A DNA stretch of 64,000 nucleotides from the human T2T-CHM13v2.0 reference genome, Homo sapiens. Positions 26,601-41,660 of this stretch are shown here, one piece after another. The notes beneath the pieces were generated by a model. The model saw only the letters and a program-made list of their open reading frames with translations, searched no databases and was not told where the DNA came from. The stretch lies in NCBI RefSeq assembly GCF_009914755.1, contig NC_060940.1. One strand, 5' to 3'. A program made the translations under genes and the position numbers. How positions within the stretch are numbered: the stretch's first letter is position 1; each line of letters starts with the position of its first letter.

Positions 26601-29600
26601 CATTCGAGTGCATTAGATGATTCCATTCGAGTCCATTCGATGATTCCATTCGATTCCATTCGATGTTGATTCTGTTCAAATCCATTCGATGATTCCACTC
26701 GATTCCATTCGTTGACTCCATTTGATCCCATTCGATGATTTCCTTTGATTCCCTTTGATGATCATTCCATTTGATTCAATTCGGTGATTTCATTTGATTC
26801 CATTCAGTGATGTTTCCATTCGACTCCATTCGATGATGATTCCATTCGACTCCATTCGATTATGATTTCATTCAATTCCATTCGATAATGATTCCCTTCG
26901 AGTCCATTCGATGATTCCATTCGATTCCATTCAACGATGATTTGATTCGTGTCCATTCGATGATTCCATTTGATTCCACTTGATGATGATTCCATTCGAG
27001 TCCATTTGATGATTCCATTCAATTCCATACTCCGATGATTTCTTTTGAGCCCACTCAATGCTTCCACTCGATTCCATATGATGATGACTCCATTCGATGA
27101 AATTCGATGATGATTCCATTCGCTTGCTTTCGATGATGATTCCACTTGAGTCCGTTAGAAGATTCTATTCAATTACATTCCATGACGATTCCGTTCGAGT
27201 CCATTTGATGATTCCATTAGACTCCATTCGACGATGATTCCATTCGATGTTATTCGATGATTCCATTCGATCTCATTCGATGATGATTCCATTCAACTCC
27301 ATTCGATGTTTCCATTCGAGTTCATTCTATTATTCCATTAGATTCCATTCGATGATGATTCCATTCGATTCCATTTGATGATTGCATTCTATTTCATTTG
27401 ATGATGATTCCATTCGAGTCCACTCGATGATTCCATTCGAGTCCATTTAATGAATCCATTGGTTTCAATTCTATGATGATTACATTGGATTCCATTCGTT
27501 GATGATTTCATTCGGTTCCATTCAATGATGATTCCATTCAATTCCTTTCAATGTTTCCATTCAATTCCATACGATGATGATTCCATTTGATTTGATTCGA
27601 CAGTGAGCCATTCGATTCAATTCCATGATGATTCTATTTGATTCAATTGGTTGACATTTCCATTCGATTCCATTCGATGATGATTCCCTTTGATTCCGTT
27701 CAAAGATGATTCCATTCTAGCCCATTCAATCATTCCATTCGATTCTATTCAATGATGATTCCATTCATGTCGATTTGGTGATTCCATTTGACTTCATTTG
27801 ATGATGATTCCTTTCAAGTTCATTAGATGATTCCATTCGATTCCATTTGATGATGATCCCATTCGAGTCCATTCAGTGATTCCATTCGTTTCCATTCCAT
27901 GATGATTCCATTCCTTTCCATTCAATGATTCCATTCGATTCCGTTTGATGATGATTTCATTCGAGTCCATTTGATGATTCCATTTGATTCCATTCGATGA
28001 TGATTCCATTCGAGTCCATTCGATGATTCTATTCGAATCCATTTGATGATTTCTTTTGATTATATTTGGTGATGATTCCATTGGAGTCCATTCAATGATT
28101 CCATTCTATTCCAATCGATGATGATTCCATTAGAGCCCATTTAATGATTCCATTTGATTCCAGTCTCTGATGATTACATTCGAGTCCATACGATGATTCC
28201 ACTCAATTCCATATGATGATGATTCCATTTGATTCCATTCGGTGATTCCATTCTATTCTATTCAATGGTGATTCCATTCGAGTACATTAGATGATTCCAT
28301 TCGATTCCATTCAATGATGATTCTATTTGTGTCCCTTAGATGATTCCACATGATTCCATTAGATGATGATACTATTTGAGCCCATCCAATGATTCCCTTC
28401 GATTCCATTCGATGAGGATTCCATTCGATTCAATTCATTGGTGATTCTATTCAATTCAATTCTTTGATTCCATTCCATTCCATTCGACAATGATTCCATT
28501 CGATTTCTTTCGATGATTCCACTCGATTCCACTTGACACTGATTCCATTCGATTCCATTCAATGATTCCATTTGATTCCAGTGGATGATGATTGCCATCG
28601 ATTCCATTCGATCACTCCATTCTATTCCATTTGATGATGATTACATTCGATTCCATTTGATGATTCCATCTGATTCTATTCGAGGATTCCATTTGATTCC
28701 ATTCGATGATGATTCCATTCGAGTCCATTCGATGATTTCATTCGAGTACATCCAATGATTCCATTCGAGTCCATTAGATGATTCCATTTGATTCCATTTG
28801 AAAATGATTCTACTAGAGTCCATTCAATGACTCCATTCGATTCCATTCAACAATTCCATTCGACTCCATTCGATGATTCCATTCGATTCCATTTGATGGT
28901 TCCATTCGAGTCCATTTAATCATTACAGTCGAGTCCATTTGGTGATTCCACTGGATTTCTTTTGATAATGATACCATTCAATTACATTTGATGATGATCC
29001 CATTCAATTTCATTTGATGATGATTCCATTAGAGTCCATTCGATGATTTCATTCGAGTCCCTTCATTGATTCCATCCGATTTCATTGGATGATGACTCCA
29101 TTCGAGTCCATTCGATGATTCCACTCGATTCCATTAGATGACTCCATTGGAGTCCATTTGATTGTTCCATTCGATTCCATTCGATTCCTTTCGAAGATTA
29201 TTCCATTTGAGTCCATTCGATGATGATTCCATTCCATTCCATTCGATGATTCCGTTTGATTCCATTCGATGATTCCCTTCGATTCCTTTCTTTGATGATT
29301 CCATTCCATTCCATTCAATGATTCCATTCGAATCTATTCCATGATGATTCCTTTCGATTCCATTCGCTGATGTTTCCGTTCAATTCCATTCGATGATGAT
29401 TCCATTCGATTCCATTCATTGAGGATTCCATTTGATTCCATTCAATGATGATTCCATTCTATTCCATTCAATGATTGCATTCAATTCCATTCAATGATTA
29501 TCCCCTTAGAGTAAACTCAACGATTCCATTCAATACCATTCGATGATGATTCCTTTTGAGTCCATTCAATGATTTCATTCAAGTCCATTTGATGATTCCT

Positions 29601-29810
29601 TTCAATTCCATTCTATGATGATTCCATTCGAGTCCATTCGATGATTCCATTCGATTGCATTCGATGATTCCATTATATTCCAGTCAACGATGATTCCATT
29701 CGAGTCCATTCGATGATTCCATTAGAGTACATTTAATGATTGCTTTGTTTTCAATTCGAAGATGATTACATTGGATTCCATTCTATGATACCATTCGATT
29801 CCATTCAATG
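23699..29810 (+). repeat. Unit U5, full length (6,112 bp), copy of U2
   Basis: Anchors 24375 to 30487; shares U2 variants (AGAGCCCATT, GACACTGATT, ATCCCCTTAG). Confidence 0.93.
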
Positions 29811-32800
29811 ATGATTCCACTCAAATCCATTGGATGATTCCATTCGTGTCCATTCGGTGATTTCATTAGATTCCATTCGAGGATGATTCCATTCGATTCC
29901 ATTCGATGATTCCATTCAATTCCATTCGATGATGATTCCATTCCAGTCCATATGATCATTCCATTTGATTTCATTCGATGATGATTCCATTCGATTCCAT
30001 TCGATGATTCCATTCTATTCCATTCGATGATGATTCCATTCGAGTCCATTCGATGATTCCATTCGAGTCCATTTAATGATTCCATTGAGTTCAATTCAAT
30101 GATGATTACATTGGATTCCGTTCTATGATTCCCTTCAATTCCGTTCATTGACAATTTGATTCCATTCGATGATGATTCCATTTGAGTTCATTCTATGATT
30201 CTATTCGATTCTCTTCGATGGTGATTCAATTCTATTATATTGGATGATTCCATTCGATTCCATTTGATGTTGATTCAATTCGATTCTATTCGATGATGAT
30301 TCCATTGGATTTCACTTGATGATTCTATTCGATTCCATTCAATGATGATTCACTTCTCGTCCATTGGATGATTCCATTTCATTCCATTCGATGATGATTC
30401 CATTCGATTCCATTCGATGATTCCATTTGATTCCATGCGACGGTGAGCAATTCGATTCAATTCCATGATGATTCTATTTGATTCAATTAGATGATGTTTC
30501 CATTCGAATCCATTCCATGATTATTCCATTGGAATCCATTCGGCGATGATTCCATATGAGTCAATTCAATGATGATTCCATATGGGTCCGTTCGATGATA
30601 ATTCCATTTGATTTCATTCGATGCTTCTATTCTATTCCAGTCGATGATGATTCCGTTGGAGTCCATACGATGATTCCATTTGATTTCATTTGATGATGAT
30701 TCCATTCGATGATGATTACATTGGATTCCATTCTATGATTCCATTCAATTCCATTCGTTGATGATTCGATTCCATTCAATGATGATTCCATTTGAGTTCA
30801 TTCGATGATTCTATTCGATTCCGTTCGATGGTGATTCAATTCTATTATATTGGATGATTCCACTCGATTCCATTTGATGATTATTCCATTGGAGTCCACT
30901 TAGTGAATCCTTTAGATTCTACTCGACGATGATTCCATTCGAGTCCATTCGATGATACCATTCAATTCCATTCGTTGATGCTTCCATTCAAGTGCATTCG
31001 ATGATATCATTCGATTCCATTTGATGATAATTCCATTTGATTCCATGCGATGATTCTATTCGATTCCATTCAATGATAATTCCATTCAATTCAGTGATTC
31101 CTCTGGACTCCATTTGATGATGATTCCATTCAATGATTCCATTCGATTCTATTCGAAAATGATTCCATTTGAATCCATTTGATGATGATTCCATTAGATT
31201 CCATTTGATGATTCCATTCGATTCCATTCGACGATGATTCCATTCGATTCCGTTTGATGATTCCATTCTATTCTATTCGATGATGATTCCATTCGATTCC
31301 ATTCGATGATGATTGGATTCGATTCCATTTGATGATTTCATTTGATTCCATTCGTTAATGATTTCGATCAATTCCATTCGATGATTCCATTCGATTCCAT
31401 TCGATAATGATTACATCCGAGTCCATTCGATGATTCCCTTTGAGCCTGTTCGATAATTCCATTTGAGTCCAACCAATGATTCCATTCATTTCCATTCAAT
31501 GATTCCATTCGAGTCCATTTGATCATTCCGGTAGGGTCCATTCGATGTTGATTCCATTGGAGTGCATTCGATGATTCCATTCGAGTCCATTTTAGGATTT
31601 GATTCGAGTCCTTTCGATGATTCCATTCGATTCCACTCGATGATGATTTCATTCGAGTCCATTCGACACGTCCAATCGATTCCATTTGATGATTCCATTC
31701 GAGTCCAATTGATGATTCCATTCAATTCCATTCGATGATGATTCCGTACGATTCCATTCTGTGATGATTCCATGTGATTGCATTCAATGATGATTCCTTT
31801 CGATTGCATTCGATTATGATTCATTTCGTGTTCATTCTATGGTTCCACAGGTTTCCATTCGTGTCCATTCCATTATTCCATTCTATTCCATTTGATGATG
31901 ATTCCATTCGATTCCATTCATTGGTGATTCCACTCAATTCCATTCAATGATTCCATTCCATTTCTTTCAACAATGATTCCATTAGTTTCTAATCGATGAT
32001 CCACTTGATTCCATTTGACGACGATTCCATTCTTGTCAATTCGATGATTCCATTTGATTCCATATGATGATGATTCCATTCGATTCCATACCATGATGAT
32101 TCCATTCGAGTCCATTCAATGGTGATTCCATTCAATTCCATTCGATGATTCCTTTCGATTCCATTCGATGATGATGGCATTCGATTCCTTTCAATCATTC
32201 CCTTTGATTCCATTCAAAGGTGATTTCATTAAAGTCCATTCGATAATTGCATTCGATTCCATTCTATGATGATTCCATTCGAGTCCATTTGATGATTCCA
32301 TTCAATTCAAGTCAATGATGATTCCATTCGATTCCATTCGATGATTCCATTGGATTCCATTCGATGATGATTCCATTCAAATCCATTCGATAATTCAATT
32401 CAAGTCCATTCGATGATGATTCCAATCGAATCCATTCAAAGATTCCATTCAGTTCCATTCGATGATTCCCTTAGATTCCATTCGATGATTCCACTTGATT
32501 GCATTTACGATGATTCCATTCGATTCCATGTGATGATGCCATTCAATTCTATTCAATGATGTCTCCATTTGATTCCATTCGACCATGATTGCCTTTGATT
32601 CCATTCAATGATTCCATTCGGTTCCGTTTGATGATGATTCCGTTCGATTCCATTTGATGATTCCATTTGATTCCATTGGATGAGTCCATTCGATTACATT
32701 CGATGATTATTCCATTCGAGTGCATTAGATGATTCCATTCGAGTCCATTCGATGATTCCATTCGATTCCATTCGATGTTGATTCTGTTCAAATCCATTCG

Positions 32801-35800
32801 ATGATTCCACTCGATTCCATTCGTTGACTCCATTTGATCCCATTCGATGATTTCCTTTGATTCCCTTTGATGATCATTCCATTTGATTCAATTCGGTGAT
32901 TTCATTTGATTCCATTCAGTGATGTTTCCATTCGACTCCATTCGATGATGATTCCATTCGACTCCATTCGATTATGATTTCATTCAATTCCATTCGATAA
33001 TGATTCCCTTCGAGTCCATTCGATGATTCCATTCGATTCCATTCAACGATGATTTGATTCGTGTCCATTCGATGATTCCATTTGATTCCACTTGATGATG
33101 ATTCCATTCGAGTCCATTTGATGATTCCATTCAATTCCATACTCCGATGATTTCTTTTGAGCCCACTCAATGCTTCCACTCGATTCCATATGATGATGAC
33201 TCCATTCGATGAAATTCGATGATGATTCCATTCGCTTGCTTTCGATGATGATTCCACTTGAGTCCGTTAGAAGATTCTATTCAATTACATTCCATGATGA
33301 TTCCGTTCGAGTCCATTTGATGATTCCATTAGACTCCATTCGACGATGATTCCATTCGATGTTATTCGATGATTCCATTCGATCTCATTCGATGATGATT
33401 CCATTCAACTCCATTCGATGTTTCCATTCGAGTTCATTCTATTATTCCATTAGATTCCATTCGATGATGATTCCATTCGATTCCATTTGATGATTGCATT
33501 CTATTTCATTTGATGATGATTCCATTCGAGTCCACTCGATGATTCCATTCGAGTCCATTTAATGAATCCATTGGTTTCAATTCTATGATGATTACATTGG
33601 ATTCCATTCGTTGATGATTTCATTCGGTTCCATTCAATGATGATTCCATTCAATTCCTTTCAATGTTTCCATTCAATTCCATACGATGATGATTCCATTT
33701 GATTTGATTCGACAGTGAGCCATTCGATTCAATCCCATGATGATTCTATTTGATTCAATTGGTTGACATTTCCATTCGATTCCATTCGATGATGATTCCC
33801 TTTGATTCCGTTCAAAGATGATTCCATTCTAGCCCATTCAATCATTCCATTCGATTCTATTCAATGATGATTCCATTCATGTCGATTTGGTGATTCCATT
33901 TGACTTCATTTGATGATGATTCCTTTCAAGTTCATTAGATGATTCCATTCGATTCCATTTGATGATGATCCCATTCGAGTCCATTCAGTGATTCCATTCG
34001 TTTCCATTCCATGATGATTCCATTCCTTTCCATTCAATGATTCCATTCGATTCCGTTTGATGATGATTTCATTCGAGTCCATTTGATGATTCCATTTGAT
34101 TCCATTCGATGATGATTCCATTCGAGTCCATTCGATGATTCTATTCGAATCCATTTGATGATTTCTTTTGATTATATTTGGTGATGATTCCATTGGAGTC
34201 CATTCAATGATTCCATTCTATTCCAATCGATGATGATTCCATTAGAGTCCATTTAATGATTCCATTTGATTCCAGTCTCTGATGATTACATTCGAGTCCA
34301 TACGATGATTCCACTCAATTCCATATGATGATGATTCCATTTGATTCCATTCGGTGATTCCATTCTATTCTATTCAATGGTGATTCCATTCGAGTACATT
34401 AGATGATTCCATTCGATTCCATTCAATGATGATTCTATTTGTGTCCCTTAGATGATTCCACATGATTCCATTAGATGATGATACTATTTGAGCCCATCCA
34501 ATGATTCCCTTCGTTTCCATTCGATGAGGATTCCATTCGATTCAATTCATTGGTGATTCTATTCAATTCAATTCTTTGATTCCATTCCATTCCATTCGAC
34601 AATGATTCCATTCGATTTCTTTCGATGATTCCACTCGATTCCACTTGACATTGATTCCATTCGATTCCATTCAATGATTCCATTTGATTCCAGTGGATGA
34701 TGATTGCCATCGATTCCATTCGATCACTCCATTCTATTCCATTTGATGATGATTACATTCGATTCCATTTGATGATTCCATCTGATTCTATTCGAGGATT
34801 CCATTTGATTCCATTCGATGATGATTCCATTCGAGTCCATTCGATGATTTCATTCGAGTACATCCAATGATTCCATTCGAGTCCATTTGATGATTCCATT
34901 TGATTCCATTTGAAAATGTTTCTACTAGAGTCCATTCAATGACTCCATTCGAGTCCATTCAACAATTCCATTCGACTCCATTCGATGATTCCATTCGATT
35001 CTATTTGATGGTTCCATTCGAGTCCATTTAATCATTACAGTCGAGTCCATTTGGTGATTCCACTGGATTTCTTTTGATAATGATACCATTCAATTACATT
35101 TGATGATGATCCCATTCAATTTCATTTGATGATGATTCCATTAGAGTCCATTCGATGATTTCATTCGAGTCCCTTCATTGATTCCATCCAATTTCATTGG
35201 ATGATGACTCCATTCGAGTCCATTCGATGATTCCACTCGATTCCATTAGATGACTCCATTGGAGTCCATTTGATTGTTCCATTCGATTCCATTCGATTCC
35301 TTTCGAAGATTATTCCATTTGAGTCCATTCGATGATGATTCCATTCCATTCCATTCGATGATTCCGTTTGATTCCATTCGATGATTCCCTTCGATTCCTT
35401 TCTTTGATGATTCCATTCCATTCCATTCAATGATTCCATTCGAATCTATTCCATGATGATTCCTTTCGATTCCATTCGCTGATGTTTCCGTTCAATTCCA
35501 TTCGATGATGATTCCATTCGATTCCATTCATTGAGGATTCCATTTGATTCCATTCAATGATGATTCCATTCTATTCCATTCAATGATTGCATTCAATTCC
35601 ATTCAATGATTATCCCATTAGAGTAAACTCAACGATTCCATTCAATACCATTCGATGATGATTCCTTTTGAGTCCATTCAATGATTTCATTCAAGTCCAT
35701 TTGATGATTCCTTTCAATTACATTCTATGATGATTCCATTCGAGTCCATTCGATGATTCCATTCGATTGCATTCGATGATTCCATTATATTCCAGTCAAC

Positions 35801-35922
35801 GATGATTCCATTCGAGTCCATTCGATGATTCCATTAGAGTACATTTAATGATTGCTTTGTTTTCAATTCGAAGATGATTACATTGGATTCCATTCTATGA
35901 TACCATTCGATTCCATTCAATG
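29811..35922 (+). repeat. Unit U6, full length (6,112 bp), copy of U3
   Basis: Anchors 30487 to 36599; shares U3 variants (GACACGTCC, CTTGTCAATT, GATGCCATT, AAAATGTTTC). Confidence 0.93.
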
Positions 35923-38900
35923 ATGATTCCACTCAAATCCATTGGATGATTCCATTCGTGTCCATTCGGTGATTTCATTAGATTCCATTCGAGGATGATT
36001 CCATTCGATTCCATTCGATGATTCCATTCAATTCCATTCGATGATGATTCCATTCCAGTCCATATGATCATTCCATTTGATTTCATTCGATGATGATTCC
36101 ATTCAATTCGATTCGACGATTCCATTCTATTCCATTCGATGATGATTCCATTCGAGTCCATTCGATGACTCCATTCGAGTCCATTTAATGATTCCATTGG
36201 GTTCAATTCAATGATGATTACATTGGATTCCGTTCTATGATTCCATTCAATTCCGTTCATTGACAATTTGATTCCATTCGATGATGATTCCATTTGAGTT
36301 CATTCGATGATTCTATTCGATTCTCTTCGATGGTGATTCAATTCTATTATATTGGATGATTCCATTCGATTCCATTTGATGTTGATTCAATTCGATTCTA
36401 TTCGATGATGATTCCATTGGATTTCACTTGATGATTCTATTCGATTCCATTCAATGATGATTCACTTCTCGTCCATTGGATGATTCCATTTCATTCCATT
36501 CGATGATGATTCCATTCGATTCCATTCGATGATTCCATTTGATTCCATGCGACGGTGAGCAATTCGATTCAATTCCATGATGATTCTATTTGATTCAATT
36601 AGATGATGTTTCCATTCGAATCCATTCCATGATTATTCCATTGGAATCCATTCGGCGATGATTCCATATGAGTCAATTCAATGATGATTCCATATGGGTC
36701 CGTTCGATGATAATTCCATTTGATTTCATTCGATGCTTCTATTCTATTCCAGTCGATGATGATTCCGTTGGAGTCCATACGATGATTCCATTTGATTTCA
36801 TTTGATGATGATTCCATTCGATGATGATTACATTGGATTCCATTCTATGATTCCATTCAATTCCATTCGTTGATGATTCGATTCCATTCAATGATGATTC
36901 CATTTGAGTTCATTCGATGATTCTATTCGATTCCGTTCGATGGTGATTCAATTCTATTATATTGGATGATTCCACTCGATTCCATTTGATGATTATTCCA
37001 TTGGAGTCCACTTAGTGAATCCTTTAGATTCTACTCGACGATGATTCCATTCGAGTCCATTCGATGATACCATTCAATTCCATTCGTTGATGCTTCCATT
37101 CAAGTGCATTCGATGATATCATTCGATTCCATTTGATGATAATTCCATTTGATTCCGTGCGATGATTCTATTCGATTCCATTCAATGATAATTCCATTCA
37201 ATTCAGTGATTCCTCTGGACTCCATTTGATGATGATTCCATTCAATGATTCCATTCGATTCTATTCGAAAATGATTCCATTTGAATCCATTTGATGATGA
37301 TTCCATTAGATTCCATTTGATGATTCCATTCGATTCCATTCGACGATGATTCCATTCGATTCCGTTTGATGATTCCATTCTATTCTATTCGATGATGATT
37401 CCATTCGATTCCATTCGATGATGATTGGATTCGATTCCATTTGATGATTTCATTTGATTCCATTCGTTAATGATTTCGATCAATTCCATTCGATGATTCC
37501 ATTCGATTCCATTCGATAATGATTACATCCGAGTCCATTCGATGATTCCCTTTGAGCCTGTTCGATAATTCCATTTGAGTCCAACCAATGATTCCATTCA
37601 TTTCCATTCAATGATTCCATTCGAGTCCATTTGATCATTCCGGTAGGGTCCATTCGATGTTGATTCCATTGGAGTGCATTCGATGATTCCATTCGAGTCC
37701 ATTTTAGGATTTGATTCGAGTCCTTTCGATGATTCCATTCGATTCCACTCGATGATGATTTCATTCGAGTCCATTCGACACTTCCAATCGATTCCATTTG
37801 ATGATTCCATTCGAGTCCAATTGATGATTCCATTCAATTCCATTCGATGATGATTCCGTACGATTCCATTCTGTGATGATTCCATGTGATTGCATTCAAT
37901 GATGATTCCTTTCGATTGCATTCGATTATGATTCATTTCGTGTTCATTCTATGGTTCCACAGGTTTCCATTCGTGTCCATTCCATTATTCCATTCTATTC
38001 CATTTGATGATGATTCCATTCGATTCCATTCATTGGTGATTCCACTCAATTCCATTCAATGATTCCATTCCATTTCTTTCAACAATGATTCCATTAGTTT
38101 CTAATCGATGATCCACTTGATTCCATTTGACGACGATTCCATTCTTGTCCATTCGATGATTCCATTTGATTCCATATGATGATGATTCCATTCGATTCCA
38201 TACCATGATGATTCCATTCGAGTCCATTCAATGGTGATTCCATTCAATTCCATTCGATGATTCCTTTTGATTCCATTCGATGATGATGGCATTCGATTCC
38301 TTTCAATCATTCCCTTTGATTCCATTCAAAGGTGATTTCATTCAAGTCCATTCGATAATTGCATTCGATTCCATTCTATGATGATTCCATTCGAGTCCAT
38401 TTGATGATTCCATTCTATTCAAGTCAATGATGATTCCATTCGATTCCATTCGATGATTCCATTGGATTCCATTCGATGATGATTCCATTCAAATCCATTC
38501 GATAATTCAATTCAAGTCCATTCGATGATGATTCCAATCGAATCCATTCAAAGATTCCATTCAGTTCCATTCGATGATTCCCTTAGATTCCATTCGATGA
38601 TTCCACTTGATTGCATTTACGATGATTCCATTCGATTCCATGTGATGATTCCATTCAATTCTATTCAATGATGTCTCCATTTGATTCCATTCGACCATGA
38701 TTGCCTTTGATTCCATTCAATGATTCCATTCGGTTCCGTTTGATGATGATTCCGTTCGATTCCATTTGATGATTCCATTTGATTCCATTGGATGAGTCCA
38801 TTCGATTACATTCGATGATTATTCCATTCGAGTGCATTAGATGATTCCATTCGAGTCCATTCGATGATTCCATTCGATTCCATTCGATGTTGATTCTGTT

Positions 38901-41660
38901 CAAATCCATTCGATGATTCCACTCGATTCCATTCGTTGACTCCATTTGATCCCATTCGATGATTTCCTTTGATTCCCTTTGATGATCATTCCATTTGATT
39001 CAATTCGGTGATTTCATTTGATTCCATTCAGTGATGTTTCCATTCGACTCCATTCGATGATGATTCCATTCGACTCCATTCGATTATGATTTCATTCAAT
39101 TCCATTCGATAATGATTCCCTTCGAGTCCATTCGATGATTCCATTCGATTCCATTCAACGATGATTTGATTCGTGTCCATTCGATGATTCCATTTGATTC
39201 CACTTGATGATGATTCCATTCGAGTCCATTTGATGATTCCATTCAATTCCATACTCCGATGATTTCTTTTGAGCCCACTCAATGCTTCCACTCGATTCCA
39301 TATGATGATGACTCCATTCGATGAAATTCGATGATGATTCCATTCGCTTGCGTTCGATGATGATTCCACTTGAGTCCGTTAGAAGATTCTATTCAATTAC
39401 ATTCCAGGACGATTCCGTTCGAGTCCATTTGATGATTCCATTAGACTCCATTCGACGATGATTCCATTCGATGTTATTCGATGATTCCATTCGATCTCAT
39501 TCGATGATGATTCCATTCAACTCCATTCGATGTTTCCATTCGAGTTCATTCTATTATTCCATTAGATTCCATTCGATGATGATTCCATTCGATTCCATTT
39601 GATGATTGCATTCTATTTCATTTGATGATGATTCCATTCGAGTCCACTCGATGATTCCATTCGAGTCCATTTAATGAATCCATTGGTTTCAATTCTATGA
39701 TGATTACATTGGATTCCATTCGTTGATGATTTCATTCGGTTCCATTCCATGATGATTCCATTCCTTTCCATTCAATGATTCCATTCGATTCCGTTTGATG
39801 ATGATTTCATTCGAGTCCATTTGATGATTCCATTTGATTTCTTTCGATGATGATTCCATTCGAGTCCATTCGATGATTCTATTCGAATCCATTTGATGAT
39901 TTCTTTTGATTATATTTGGTGATGATTCCATTGGAGTCCATTCAATGATTCCATTCTATTCCAATCGATGATGATTCCATTAGAGTCCATTTAATGATTC
40001 CATTTGATTCCAGTCTCTGATGATTATATTCGAGTCCATACGATGATTCCACTCAATTCCATATGATGATGATTCCATTTGATTCCATTCGGTGATTCCG
40101 TTCTATTCTATTCAATGGTGATTCCATTCGAGTACATTAGATGATTCCATTCGATTCCATTCATTGATGATTCTATTTGTGTCCCTTAGATGATTCCACA
40201 TGATTCCATTAGATGATGATACTATTTGAGCCCATCCAATGATTCCCTTCGATTCCATTCGATGAGGATTCCATTCGATTCAATTCATTGGTGATTCTAT
40301 TCAATTCAATTCTTTGATTCCATTCCATTCCATTCGACAATGATTCCATTCGATTTCTTTCGATGATTCCACTCGATTCCACTTGACATTGATTCCATTC
40401 GATTCCATTCAATGATTCCATTTGATTCCAGTGGATGATGATTGCCATCGATTCCATTCGATCACTCCATTCTATTCCATTTGATGATGATTACATTCGA
40501 TTCCATTTGATGATTCCATCTGATTCTATTCGAGGATTCCATTTGATTCCATTCGATGATGATTCCATTCGAGTCCATTCGATGATTTCATTCGAGTACA
40601 TCCAATGATTCCATTCGAGTCCATTAGATGATTCCATTTGATTCCATTTGAAAATGATTCTACTAGAGTCCATTCAATGACTCCATTCGAGTCCATTCAA
40701 CAATTCCATTCGACTCCATTCGATGATTCCATTCGATTCCATTTGATGGTTCCATTCGAGTCCATTTAATCATTACAGTCGAGTCCATTTGGTGATTCCA
40801 CTGGATTTCTTTTGATAATGATACCATTCAATTACATTTGATGATGATCCCATTCAATTTCATTTGATGATGATTCCATTAGAGTCCATTCGATGATTTC
40901 ATTCGAGTCCCTTCATTGATTCCATCCGATTTCATTGGATGATGACTCCATTCGAGTCCATTCGATGATTCCACTCGATTCCATTAGATGACTCCATTGG
41001 AGTCCATTTGATTGTTCCATTCGATTCCATTTGATTCCTTTCGAAGATTATTCCATTTGAGTCCATTCGATGATGATTCCATTCCATTCCATTCCATGAT
41101 TCCGTTTGATTCCATTCGATGATTCCCTTCGATTCCTTTCTTTGATGATTCCATTCCATTCCATTCAATGATTCCATTCGAATCTATTCCATGATGATTC
41201 CTTTCGATTCCATTCGCTGATGTTTCCGTTCAATTCCATTCGATGATGATTCCATTCGATTCCATTCATTGAGGATTCCATTTGATTCCATTCAATGATG
41301 ATTCCATTCTATTCCATTCAATGATTGCATTCAATTCCATTCAATGATTATCCCATTAGAGTAAACTCAACGATTCCATTCAATATCATTCGATGATGAT
41401 TCCTTTTGAGTCCATTCAATGATTTCATTCAAGTCCATTTGATGATTCCTTTCAATTCCATTCTATGATGATTCCATTCGAGTCCATTCGATGATTCCAT
41501 TCGATTGCATTCGATGATTCCAATATATTCCATTCAACGATGATTCCATTCGAGTCCGTTCCATGATTCCATTAGAGTACATTTAATGATTGCTTTGTTT
41601 TCAATTCGAAGATGATTACATTGGATTCCATTCTATGATACCATTCGATTCCATTCAATG
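35923..41660 (+). repeat. Unit U7, short variant (5,738 bp; 374-bp deletion only)
   Basis: Anchors 36599 to 42337 differ by 5738; junction CGGTTCCATTCCATGATG at ~39740; lacks the 1-bp deletion of U1/U4. Confidence 0.93.

Larger units (their letters stand above)
248..36169 (+). repeat. Two tandem copies of a 17,961-bp three-unit super-repeat (short+full+full); boundaries uncertain by ~1 kb
   Basis: ORF coordinates and variant-bearing translations recur at exactly +17,961 (e.g. 2738/20699, 11822/29783, 16792/34753, 17934/35895). Confidence 0.92.
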
